Shown here: one piece after another, positions 17,363 to 26,082 of the stretch | How positions within the stretch are numbered: the stretch's first letter is position 1 | How the letters are laid out: each line of letters starts with the position of its first letter | Assembly: GCA_965205955.1 (NCBI GenBank) | Contig: OZ242192.1 | Coordinates: 1,541,118-1,605,117 of the forward strand | Length of the DNA: 64,000 nucleotides | Source: Gammaproteobacteria bacterium | GTDB lineage: Bacteria; Pseudomonadota; Gammaproteobacteria; Eutrophobiales; Eutrophobiaceae | Direction: 5' to 3' | Made by a program: the position numbers and the translations under genes | Notes under the pieces: generated by a model | Databases searched by the model: none | Told to the model about the DNA's origin: nothing | What the model saw: only the letters and a program-made list of their open reading frames with translations

Positions 17363-19288
17363 ATGATTACGGAGGGTATTCATCTTATGAGCTATTGTTC
17401 ATACGGTTTTATCTTGAAAATAAGCGCCGCCGCCTGTTTGTTTCCGGCTTTTACGGCCCTCGCGGAGCAAAGAGAGGCAACGGAGGTTATGGTTGTTACC
17501 GCTTCTCAGCGGGCATTGCCGAGATCATCAATCGGTTCTGCGATCACTGTGATTACCGCCGACGATATTCAAAGGCGCGGGGGTATTTATGCCGCGGATA
17601 TGCTCCGGCAGGTCCCCGGGTTTGCGCTCAGCCGCAGCGGCACTTTTGGCACGGTGACCAATGCGCGTGTGCGCGGTGCGGAAGGCAATCATACCCAGGT
17701 ATTGATCGATGGTATCGAGGCCAATGATCCTTCCACCGATTCGGCGTTTAATTTTGGTTCTCTAACTCTGGATAATGTGGAGCGCATAGAAATTATTCGC
17801 GGCCCGCAAAGCGCATTGTCCGGCAGTGATGCGATAGGGGCAGTGGTGCATATTATTACCCGCAGGGGGCAGGGCGCGTTTTCTTTACGGGGAAATATCG
17901 AGGGTGGGGCATTCGATACGGTGAAAACGTCGATAGGCAGTGCCGCCGGCAATGAATATATCAATTATAATATAAATGCCGAGGTATTGAGCACCAATGG
18001 CATCAATGTCGCCAGGACCGGCACGGAGGATGACGGTCATCACAATCGTACCTATGATCTCAAGCTGGGGATTGACCCGTCCGATATTCTGAATCTGGAT
18101 TTTATTGTCCGGCATGTCAATACGGATACGGATACGGATCCGCAGCCGTTTCCATCTCCTGTTATTACCGATGCCCCGGGCAATAAAACGGCTATAGAGC
18201 GGACTTATTTGAAAGGCGGGCTGGGTCTTTCATTATTGGACGGACGCTGGCAACATGGGTTGAGCGTCGCCTCGACCGGCACACGCAATCAATTCGAGTC
18301 CAGCAACTTCGGGCGCTCATTCAACAACGGCAGACGGGTGAAGTATGCCTATAAAAGCAATTTCAATTTCGATACGCCCGGTATTCACACTTCCCGTCAT
18401 GCCTCGTTTCTATTCGAATATCAGGATGAGACTGCCCGGGGCAGCTTTGTTGGCGGTCGATCCAGGGTAGGGTTTATCTCCAGGAGTTATGCCGGCGAAT
18501 ATCATACCGGGTTGTATGATCTTCTGTTTGTCACTGCGGGCATACGCTTCGATGATAATGAGTTCTTCGATAACGCCGCAACCTATCGCGTTGCCAGCGC
18601 ATATAAGTTTCGCGCAAGCGATATGCGTCTGCATGCCAGCTACGGCAAGGGGATTAAAAACCCGACTATTAGCGAATTATTCGGCAATTTTCCAACCTTC
18701 AGCGGGAACCCGGATTTACAGCCGGAAAGTTCGATAGGATGGGACGCGGGCATTGAAATGGTATGGATGGATGGCCGCCTGCTGGTCGATGCTACGTATT
18801 TCAATAATGCGATCACCGATCAAATCACCGGGTTTGTTTTCTCAGGCGGCAATACGGTTGCCAATAATTCTTCGACAAACCATATTTACGGGCTTGAAAC
18901 AACTTTGGATTACGTCTGGAACCCAAAGCTGACACTCTCCGGCGTTTATACGTATACGGGTGCCAATGATCAGGAATTAATTCGCCGCGCCCGGCATATC
19001 GCTTCATTCAATCTGAATTATTCGTTTCTCGATAACAGGGCGAATATCAATCTGGGAGTCCAGTACAACGGCGAGCAGGAGGATTATATATTTGGCAACC
19101 GGCGAACCCGAACCACGCTGGATGCTTTTACATTGGTGAATGTAAATGCAAGCTATCGGATTAACAATGCAGTGAGCGTGTATGCCAGGGTGGAAAATAT
19201 ATTCGATGATGACTATGAAGAAGTATACAGTTATCGCGCCCCGGGGATTGGCGGCTTTGCCGGTATAAAGCTGAATTTAAATCCATGA
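17363..19288 (+). CDS. btuB: TonB-dependent outer-membrane receptor, BtuB-like
   Basis: Signal peptide, TonB box (EVMVVTAS), plug and barrel domains, C-terminal aromatic residue. Follows the B12 riboswitch. Confidence 0.85.
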   Translation: MITEGIHLMSYCSYGFILKISAAACLFPAFTALAEQREATEVMVVTASQRALPRSSIGSAITVITADDIQRRGGIYAADMLRQVPGFALSRSGTFGTVTNARVRGAEGNHTQVLIDGIEANDPSTDSAFNFGSLTLDNVERIEIIRGPQSALSGSDAIGAVVHIITRRGQGAFSLRGNIEGGAFDTVKTSIGSAAGNEYINYNINAEVLSTNGINVARTGTEDDGHHNRTYDLKLGIDPSDILNLDFIVRHVNTDTDTDPQPFPSPVITDAPGNKTAIERTYLKGGLGLSLLDGRWQHGLSVASTGTRNQFESSNFGRSFNNGRRVKYAYKSNFNFDTPGIHTSRHASFLFEYQDETARGSFVGGRSRVGFISRSYAGEYHTGLYDLLFVTAGIRFDDNEFFDNAATYRVASAYKFRASDMRLHASYGKGIKNPTISELFGNFPTFSGNPDLQPESSIGWDAGIEMVWMDGRLLVDATYFNNAITDQITGFVFSGGNTVANNSSTNHIYGLETTLDYVWNPKLTLSGVYTYTGANDQELIRRARHIASFNLNYSFLDNRANINLGVQYNGEQEDYIFGNRRTRTTLDAFTLVNVNASYRINNAVSVYARVENIFDDDYEEVYSYRAPGIGGFAGIKLNLNP

Positions 19289-19340
19289 TACTCTATCATG
19301 CAGTATACAATCGGATTACCTTGAACAGGATTACTCAATA

Positions 19341-19883
19341 GTGAAAGCAAATCTATCTTTGGACGGCCGGTCTCTGACGTGTTTTTTCCTCATCATCCTG
19401 GCCATTGCGACAAGAGTAGTGCCTCATCCCGCCGGCGTGACGTCCGTCGGCGCTATCGGACTCTTTTCGGGTGCGTATCTGGGCTATAGGCGGGCCTGGC
19501 TGGTGCCCGTGGCCGCATTATTGCTCAGTGATATCTTCATTGGCTTTTACGAACCATTGATCATGCTGGCCGTTTACGGCGGTTTTGCATTGAGCGCGAT
19601 CATTGGCCGCATATTTCTTTTTCAAAAACGTTCGGTGCTGCGGGCAGGCGGGGCTACTCTTGCCGGGGCTGTGGTATTTTTTATATTGTCCAATCTGGGA
19701 GTGTGGGGAACCGGATTGCATTATCCGTTGACGATTGCCGGCATGGTCGAATGCTATTTGCGGGCGGTCCCTTTTTTCTGGCGCACATTATTGGGTGATA
19801 TGTTTTATGTCGCCGTATTATTTGGATCCTGTGAATTTATTCAAGCCCGGCTTGACCATTGGCGGGCGACGCAATCTGCTTGA
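19341..19883 (+). CDS. small polytopic membrane protein, possible ECF-S/BtuM-like vitamin permease
   Basis: 180 aa with 5-6 TM helices, located between btuB and the cobalamin adenosyltransferase. The assignment is by context only. Confidence 0.4.
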   Translation: MKANLSLDGRSLTCFFLIILAIATRVVPHPAGVTSVGAIGLFSGAYLGYRRAWLVPVAALLLSDIFIGFYEPLIMLAVYGGFALSAIIGRIFLFQKRSVLRAGGATLAGAVVFFILSNLGVWGTGLHYPLTIAGMVECYLRAVPFFWRTLLGDMFYVAVLFGSCEFIQARLDHWRATQSA

Positions 19884-19934
19884 ATCCTGTGATCGGCAAG
19901 TAACGGTGTTGTCGAGTTCTTCTCCGGCCGCAAC

Positions 19935-20489
19935 ATGGGCAATCGTTTAACAAAAATTTATTCCCGCACCGGCGATGATGGTTCCACCGGATTGGCCGAT
20001 GGCACCCGCATCGATAAGTCCGGAAACCGTATCGATGCAATGGGACATATCGACGAATTGAACAGCCTGATAGGGGTGCTGATTGCCACGGCGGTTGATG
20101 ATGATATTTCCGATCATTTACAGAATATACAGCAGCGATTGTTCGATATAGGCGGTGAGTTGGCAATTCCGGGCAACCGGGTTATCGATTCCGACTGCGT
20201 TCGACGCCTTGAAGATGTACTGGATTTCTATAATCAGGATTTGCCGGCCTTGAAGGAATTTATCTTGCCGGGCGGTTCCCTGCCAGGCGGGATCTGTCAT
20301 CTGGCCAGAAGTGTATGCCGCCGGGCCGAGCGCAGTCTGGTCAAACTCGGCCGGGACGATGAACAAAACCCGGATACCCTGTGCTATGTCAACCGGCTAT
20401 CCGATTTGCTGTTTGTATTTGCCCGGATCATTACATTGCGGGCCGGCGGCGAAGAGATTTTCTGGAACAGAATGAAATCATCGGTGTAA
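19935..20489 (+). CDS. PduO-type ATP:cob(I)alamin adenosyltransferase
   Basis: N-terminus KIYTRTGDDGSTGL and a 184-aa length typical of the PduO/MMAB family. Confidence 0.85.
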   Translation: MGNRLTKIYSRTGDDGSTGLADGTRIDKSGNRIDAMGHIDELNSLIGVLIATAVDDDISDHLQNIQQRLFDIGGELAIPGNRVIDSDCVRRLEDVLDFYNQDLPALKEFILPGGSLPGGICHLARSVCRRAERSLVKLGRDDEQNPDTLCYVNRLSDLLFVFARIITLRAGGEEIFWNRMKSSV

Positions 20490-20574
20490 GGGTGTATTTT
20501 CGGGCTGTATTTGATTTTTTACTTCAGTCAAAGATTTGACAAACTGCAAAAACCCTTTTTGTAACGGACATACA

Positions 20575-20662
20575 GCCCCCCTGAAAAGGGGGGTTTGGGG
20601 GGTTAAAACCATTGAGACCGGACTCCAAACCCCCCCCAGCCCCCCTTGTCAGGGGGGTGATG
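20575..20662. repeat. cluster of three G6/C6-stem hairpins in a convergent-gene gap
   Basis: cccccctgaaaagggggg, then ggggggtt...aaccccccc, then ccccccttgtcagggggg. Confidence 0.5.
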
Positions 20663-20713
20663 AGATTTCTTAATACCAAGGCATGCCAAGTCTTTCCCTT
20701 CCTTCCCGAACAC

Positions 20714-21145
20714 TTATAATTTCCCAACACTTACCATTGTATCAATCCTGGGCAATTCACCACCCAACAACCTCTTTGCCTCACTGTAATTTGTATCGCT
20801 GGGTATTAGCAAAACTCTAAGAGTCCTCGGATCAATGACACCCCAATTACTCGCGTCGTTACAACCACTACCCCCACAATATGCTTGAAAAGCAATTCTA
20901 TACGTATTGTTTTCCATTTTATAGCAAGTGCCGCCAATATGATCAATATTATCAAATATCAAAATAGTTGATCTGGTATTACGAGTAACTTTAAATTCAA
21001 CACCAACGAAATGTTTATCATCTGGTACACCAATATAAACCTCTGAGCCGGAACACGTGAAAACTTGTTCAGCATTTAACGGCTGAACACATACAATAAT
21101 CAGTATTAGCAGCAAAAATAATTGTTTACTCATCAGAACCTCCAA
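20714..21145 (-). CDS. secreted hypothetical protein
   Basis: Signal peptide and cysteine-containing small protein. Start is likely at MSKQLF. Confidence 0.45.
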   Translation of the reverse strand: MEVLMSKQLFLLLILIIVCVQPLNAEQVFTCSGSEVYIGVPDDKHFVGVEFKVTRNTRSTILIFDNIDHIGGTCYKMENNTYRIAFQAYCGGSGCNDASNWGVIDPRTLRVLLIPSDTNYSEAKRLLGGELPRIDTMVSVGKL

Positions 21146-21193
21146 AAAATAAACTACAGTAAAAGAACTGTAGCGGACCCGGGCGGAACACTA

Positions 21194-21856
21194 TCAATAT
21201 TTTTTCTCCAATTGCAGCAGCTTGCCTTCATGGCTCATATTCAGTTTTCCAAGGAATGACATTCCCAGTAAAGTGATTTCCGGGAAATCGCCTTCAATCA
21301 CGGAGCCCTGGATATTATTCAATTCAATATCGCCCACCCGCACTCGTTTCAGATTCAAAAAATAAGTCTTGACGACGCCGGAAGCCGTGGAGGCACGACC
21401 CTCTTTGCCTTCCAGTTTGTAATCCAGCCCCAGGCGTTTTGCTACATTGCTATTCATCGCTATCAATGAAGCGCCGGTATCGACGACAAAATCGGTGCTG
21501 AATCCGTTAATACTGCCGTTAACGTAGTAATGGCCGAGGGGATCGGAGGAGATGAACACCATTTTTCCGGCGGCTGCTTCGGAAAATGAGCTGCTGATTT
21601 TAGAACCGAGTTTGTACGGCCGCTGTTCGCCGTCAATCTCTATGATGGCTTCTTTACTATCCGCCGATATCAGGGTGGCCCCCTCGCTGCTGGTTTCACC
21701 CTTGCTCAGCACCTGGCGTTTGCCGTCTATCTTGACTACCGCCTTGTCCTTGAACAGCCCGAGAATTTCAATAGTTTCTACCGCTATTGCCGGTTTGAAA
21801 CCGATAATCGAGAAAATGACAGCCGACAATAATATTTTTTTCATGGTTATTACCAA
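21194..21856 (-). CDS. retropepsin-like (clan AA) aspartic protease, TIGR02281-type
   Basis: Signal peptide and active-site DTGASLIAMN. Confidence 0.7.
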   Translation of the reverse strand: MVITMKKILLSAVIFSIIGFKPAIAVETIEILGLFKDKAVVKIDGKRQVLSKGETSSEGATLISADSKEAIIEIDGEQRPYKLGSKISSSFSEAAAGKMVFISSDPLGHYYVNGSINGFSTDFVVDTGASLIAMNSNVAKRLGLDYKLEGKEGRASTASGVVKTYFLNLKRVRVGDIELNNIQGSVIEGDFPEITLLGMSFLGKLNMSHEGKLLQLEKKY

Positions 21857-21955
21857 TTATGCGGTATTATTTGTCGAATTGTAAAAAAAACAGAACCATC
21901 AATGTCGCAACACGTGGTGCAGAGGCGATTTTTCCAATAAGCGAAGTAACGAACC

Positions 21956-23065
21956 ATGATTATAATACTGAAACCCAATACCAACATCGGATCTGCGGAA
22001 TTTAAAAAACTTTCCGCCCATCTCGACAGCCTGCAAAATATCAACGTGCGCATGCATGAGGTGGAGGGCATGGAGCAGAGACTGACCGAGCTTTACCTTC
22101 TGGGCGACACGCATATGCTCGATAAGGCGGATATTGAAAATTTTGAGGTCGTGGAGCGGGTCGTGCGCATCTCCAGAGAGTATCGTGTTTTGGGGCGGCA
22201 TATGAGCGACAGCCGTCCGAACTTTTTCGAATATAACGGCGTGAAATTCGGTCAGGATGAATTTCATATCTTTGCCGGACTGTGCGCCGTCGATACTCCC
22301 GAACACGTCGAAGGCATGATGAAAGAGCTGAGTACTCTTGGCCTGGTTTGTACCCGCATGGGGGCGTATAAACCCAGGACAAATCCCTACTCTTTTCAAG
22401 GCCACGGCAAAAAATGCCTGCCGTATGTTTTTGAACTGGCGGGCAAATACGGGATTAAGGTAATTGCAATAGAAATTACCCATGATGATCAAATCGATGA
22501 AATTCGGGATGCGTTGAAAGATTCGGGGCAACCTACCGGGGTAATGTTGCAAATCGGCACCCGCAACACCCAAAATTTTGAGTTATTGAAAAGTGCCGGC
22601 AGACAGCGTGAATTTCCACTGCTTATAAAGCGCGGTTTTGGCATTACCCTGGAAGAATCGCTCAATGCCGCCGAGTATCTGGCCAGTGAAGGCAATCGAA
22701 ATGTTGTGTTTTGCCTGCGTGGTATGAAAACCAATATGGGAGACCCGCATCGTAATCTCGTCGATTTTGCCCATGTGCCGGTGATTAAACGGATGACTCA
22801 CATGCCGGTTTGTATAGACCCCTCGCATTCGGTCGGAACCCGCGAGGCAGCTCCGGATGGCATTCTGGACGTGGTGCATGCGGCCGCACAGGGGGTAATC
22901 GTCGGCGCGAATATGATGCTGGTCGATTTTCATCCCAAACCCGAAGCCGCCCTGGTTGACGGGCCACAGGCATTGCTGCTTGCCGAATTGGAACCCTTTG
23001 TCAGGGATATGGAGATCGCCAGGGAGGCCTATCTGCAACGGTGCAGACTGTATAAAAGGAAGTAA
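21956..23065 (+). CDS. 3-deoxy-7-phosphoheptulonate (DAHP) synthase, class I-beta with N-terminal regulatory domain
   Basis: TIM-barrel DAHPS/KDOPS core (GLCAVDTPEH..., MLQIGTRNTQNF, FCLRG). Confidence 0.75.
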   Translation: MIIILKPNTNIGSAEFKKLSAHLDSLQNINVRMHEVEGMEQRLTELYLLGDTHMLDKADIENFEVVERVVRISREYRVLGRHMSDSRPNFFEYNGVKFGQDEFHIFAGLCAVDTPEHVEGMMKELSTLGLVCTRMGAYKPRTNPYSFQGHGKKCLPYVFELAGKYGIKVIAIEITHDDQIDEIRDALKDSGQPTGVMLQIGTRNTQNFELLKSAGRQREFPLLIKRGFGITLEESLNAAEYLASEGNRNVVFCLRGMKTNMGDPHRNLVDFAHVPVIKRMTHMPVCIDPSHSVGTREAAPDGILDVVHAAAQGVIVGANMMLVDFHPKPEAALVDGPQALLLAELEPFVRDMEIAREAYLQRCRLYKRK

Positions 23066-23159
23066 TGCTGTAAACAAGCCTGTAGACTGACTCGGATAAG
23101 CGATTTATTCAAGAGAAACGCGCATATAGCGCATCTTGCCACCGTGCAAGAAAATTGTT

Positions 23160-23465
23160 TCATCTATCGGGGGGTTGCCGCCACAGCCTTTTTCCCTCGG
23201 CATTCAGGTCGAGTTGGCACTGTATTAGTCGGATTACATTGCAAGGATCGACGTTCATGCCGTTGCAATAAAGAACCAGCTCTACCGGATCTAATCTCCG
23301 CTCTCCCTTCTCGACCTTACAGATAAGGGAATGCACCACCCCGATATTATTGGCGAGCTTGCGCTGCGTTAAACCAGCCTGTTTTCGCTGTTGTAACAGC
23401 CAGTCAACCAAGGTTTGCCATTCCTGCGAATAGACGGATCTTCTAAATTTTCCCATTGCTCCCAT
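23160..23465 (-). CDS. XRE-family HTH transcriptional regulator
   Basis: HTH segment LTQRKLANNIGVVHSLICKVEKGERR. Confidence 0.7.
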   Translation of the reverse strand: MGAMGKFRRSVYSQEWQTLVDWLLQQRKQAGLTQRKLANNIGVVHSLICKVEKGERRLDPVELVLYCNGMNVDPCNVIRLIQCQLDLNAEGKRLWRQPPDR

Positions 23466-23556
23466 TTTAGGGACGGTATATTATGTTTCTGTTTTAGGTA
23501 CAAACTCTGTATCTGAAACGTACTTTTTATTAACAAAATATAAGGAGGAGGGGATA

Positions 23557-24177
23557 ATGAATAAAATTTTTTCCAATTTAATTATTGCAATCGGTCTCAT
23601 CGGAGTATCAATCGGTGCCTCGGCGGAGGTGAGTTATTACGTTGGGGGTAATGTTGCTTTTCTAGACCGCGAGGAAGACGATGCTGTGGTAGGTAACATA
23701 TTGGGTTCGGCTGAAGATGCGGATTTACAAGCCTTCTATGCCCGGCTGGGCGCACAGTTGCACGAAAACCTTTCCGTAGAATTGCGGGTTGGGCATGGTC
23801 TGAGTGATGATACCGTTGATGTTACCTTGACCAACCCAACGACTGGCGCAAGTGTAACTGGCGAGGCTGATCTTGAGTTGCAGGAGTTTTATGGAGCATA
23901 TGTGCGCGCCGGCCTACCACTTTTCGATAGGTTTTATCCCTATCTGATTGTCGGATATACCCGCATTGAAGGTGAAACCGAGGTCGAGATCGGAGATGTA
24001 AGATTTAAGGACAGCGACTCAGAGTCGGATTTTTCTTATGGTATAGGCGCTGACTTAAAAATTTACCAAACATCAAGCGGCAACCCTGTCCATCTCAACT
24101 TCGAATATGCAGAGTATTTTGATAAAGATTCTGTCGAGGTAAGCGGGTTTGCCGTCGGCCTGGCGTATTCATTCTGA
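23557..24177 (+). CDS. outer-membrane beta-barrel protein (OmpA-like N-domain/OmpW-like)
   Basis: Signal peptide, alternating amphipathic strands and a C-terminal ...AYSF. Confidence 0.65.
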   Translation: MNKIFSNLIIAIGLIGVSIGASAEVSYYVGGNVAFLDREEDDAVVGNILGSAEDADLQAFYARLGAQLHENLSVELRVGHGLSDDTVDVTLTNPTTGASVTGEADLELQEFYGAYVRAGLPLFDRFYPYLIVGYTRIEGETEVEIGDVRFKDSDSESDFSYGIGADLKIYQTSSGNPVHLNFEYAEYFDKDSVEVSGFAVGLAYSF

Positions 24178-24301
24178 TTGTACTATGACCTGAACGGTCT
24201 TATTCGGCGGGATTTCCTGAACCTACAGGAAGTCTTGCCGAATATTTTTTGTTTACCCCAGGCAGCCCGGCCAAATAACCGCTTTACCGGACAAGCGGCA
24301 A

Positions 24302-25471
24302 TCATGCATCCCAATCATCCCTTTCGGAAAACAGTTTTTTTGTTATTTCCCTGCGCTGCTGCGCCTCCAGAGACAGTGTTGCCACCGGGCGCGCCTCCAG
24401 ACGGCGGATGCCGATTTCTTCGCCGGTTTCTTCGCAATAGCCATAGCTGCCGTCTTGAATGCGCAATAATGCGGCCTCGATTTTCTTTAATAATTTCCGC
24501 TCCCGGTCACGAGTACGCAATTCGAGCCCGAATTCTGTTTCCTTGGTGGCGCGATCAGAGGGATCGGCAAAATTAGGGGCATCTTCCTTCATGTGACTGA
24601 CAGTCTGCTCTATCTCTTCTACGAGTTCGCGTTTCCGGTCCAAGAGGATTTGTTTGAAATGCTCCAGTTGCTTGGGGCTCATGTACTCCTCATTCTTTTT
24701 TTCCTGATACGGCATGCGTTTCTTTTTAACGGGTGCCACGCGCGCCCTGGCAACGGATGTTTTATCTGTCTTTGTTATTTTTCTTAGCGTCTTTGCCGCC
24801 TTTTTCTTCGTGAGTGCTTTTTTGGCTGCCTTTTTCTTCGCGAGTGCTTTTTTGGCTGCCTTTTTCTTCGCGAGTGCTTTTTTGGCCGCCTTTTTCTTCG
24901 CGAGTGCTTTTTTGGCTGCCTTTTTCTTCGCGAGTGCTTTTTTAGCTGCTTTTTTCTTCGCGAGTGCTTTTTTCTTCGCGAGTGCTTTTTTGGCCGCCTT
25001 TTTCTTGACGGATGCTTTTTTAGCCGTCTTTTTCTTGACGGATGCTTTTTTGGCCGTCTTTTTCTTGACGGGTGCTTTTTTGGCCGCCTTTTTCTTGACG
25101 GGTGCTTTTTTGGCCGCCTTTTTCTTGACGGATGCTTTTTTGGCCGCCTTTTTCTTGACGGATGCTTTTTTGGCTGTCTTTTTCTTGACGGGTGCTTTTT
25201 TGGCTGTCTTTTTCTTGACGGGTGCTTTTTTGGCTGTCTTTTTCTTGACGGATGCTTTTTTGGCTGTCTTTTTCTTGACGGATGCTTTTTTGGCCGCCTT
25301 TTTCTTCGCAGATACCTTTTTGGCCACTTTCTTTTTCGATACCTTCTTTTTGGCCGCGGTCTTCCCGGCTGCTTTCTTCTTCGCAACCCGGCTCCCCGTG
25401 GTTTTACTGCTGGAAACTATTTTCTTCTTTTTGACGATCTTTTTAGCAACCTTCTTTTTTTTTGCTGGCAT
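24302..25471 (-). CDS. dksA: DksA-family RNA polymerase-binding protein fused to a ~250-aa lysine/alanine-rich histone-H1-like N-terminal repeat region
   Basis: The C-terminal 130 aa align to DksA (PYQEKKNEEYM..., FGLELRTRDRERKLLKKIE, GYCEETGEEIGIRRLEARP). The N-terminus is about 25 copies of a 10-aa KKKxAKKAxV unit in the same frame. An internal Met (MPYQEKK) is an alternative start. Confidence 0.7.
   Translation of the reverse strand: MPAKKKKVAKKIVKKKKIVSSSKTTGSRVAKKKAAGKTAAKKKVSKKKVAKKVSAKKKAAKKASVKKKTAKKASVKKKTAKKAPVKKKTAKKAPVKKKTAKKASVKKKAAKKASVKKKAAKKAPVKKKAAKKAPVKKKTAKKASVKKKTAKKASVKKKAAKKALAKKKALAKKKAAKKALAKKKAAKKALAKKKAAKKALAKKKAAKKALAKKKAAKKALTKKKAAKTLRKITKTDKTSVARARVAPVKKKRMPYQEKKNEEYMSPKQLEHFKQILLDRKRELVEEIEQTVSHMKEDAPNFADPSDRATKETEFGLELRTRDRERKLLKKIEAALLRIQDGSYGYCEETGEEIGIRRLEARPVATLSLEAQQRREITKKLFSERDDWDA
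24796..25330. repeat. about eighteen tandem 30-bp direct repeats in two subfamilies, coding for the K/A-rich region
   Basis: The unit cgagtgcttttttggc(t/c)gcctttttcttcg alternates with gacgg(a/g)tgcttttttggc(c/t)g(c/t)ctttttcttg. Confidence 0.9.
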
Positions 25472-25551
25472 GTTCTGAATATCGCTCCGTTTTCGAAAAA
25501 TGCAGGTGGGTATTTATATAGAATAGGGGAGAAAGAATCAATCCCGATGAT

Positions 25552-25944
25552 TCACGGCAACCTTACTTCCGCCGAGGGGTTCCAGTCCGGGTTGCGATGT
25601 TCGGCGCAAACCGTTGTGTAAATTCCTCCCCTGACATTGAATCGTGCGGTCAAGCGCATGAATCGTGGATCCAGGCTATCGACTAGATCAGCCAGGATTT
25701 TATTGGTAACCGCCTCATGAAACGTTCCCTCGCTACGATAAGACCAAATATAAAGTTTAAGCGCCTTTAATTCAATACAGCACTGATCCGGAACGTAGTC
25801 GAGCTCCAGCGTGGCAAAATCCGGCTGGCCGGTTTTGGGGCATAGGCAGGTAAATTCCGGGATCGAAATATGAATGGTGTACTCTCTTTCAGGAGCGGGA
25901 TTTACAAAGGTTTCAAGTAAATCAGTGCTTGGTGATGCCATCAT
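25552..25944 (-). CDS. queF: NADPH-dependent 7-cyano-7-deazaguanine (preQ0) reductase
   Basis: Catalytic Cys region [13 protein letters not shown] and QueF motif [13 protein letters not shown]. Confidence 0.85.
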   Translation of the reverse strand: MMASPSTDLLETFVNPAPEREYTIHISIPEFTCLCPKTGQPDFATLELDYVPDQCCIELKALKLYIWSYRSEGTFHEAVTNKILADLVDSLDPRFMRLTARFNVRGGIYTTVCAEHRNPDWNPSAEVRLP

Positions 25945-26082
25945 GTGTATTTCTGGGTTACTCTCAAAAAAATGTCGAAAACAAATAGAAACAATTATTA
26001 ATAAAATTATTTATATATCAATATATTATATAACTAATTTTATGTAACTTATCACACTTTAACTTCATTCGAAATTCAAGTA

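Noticed and set aside
20524-20730. 68-aa ORF spanning the G/C hairpin cluster
   Set aside because: Its translation (PLTRGAGGGLESGLNGFNPPNPP...) is just the reading of poly-G/C hairpins. It has no start context and is non-coding.
24714-25478. 254-aa F/A/L-rich ORF on the + strand and a 200-aa R/K/H-rich ORF (24784-25386, minus strand) across the tandem-repeat tract
   Set aside because: Both are alternative-frame or antisense readings of the 30-bp repeat. Only the K/A-rich frame runs continuously into the clear DksA domain.
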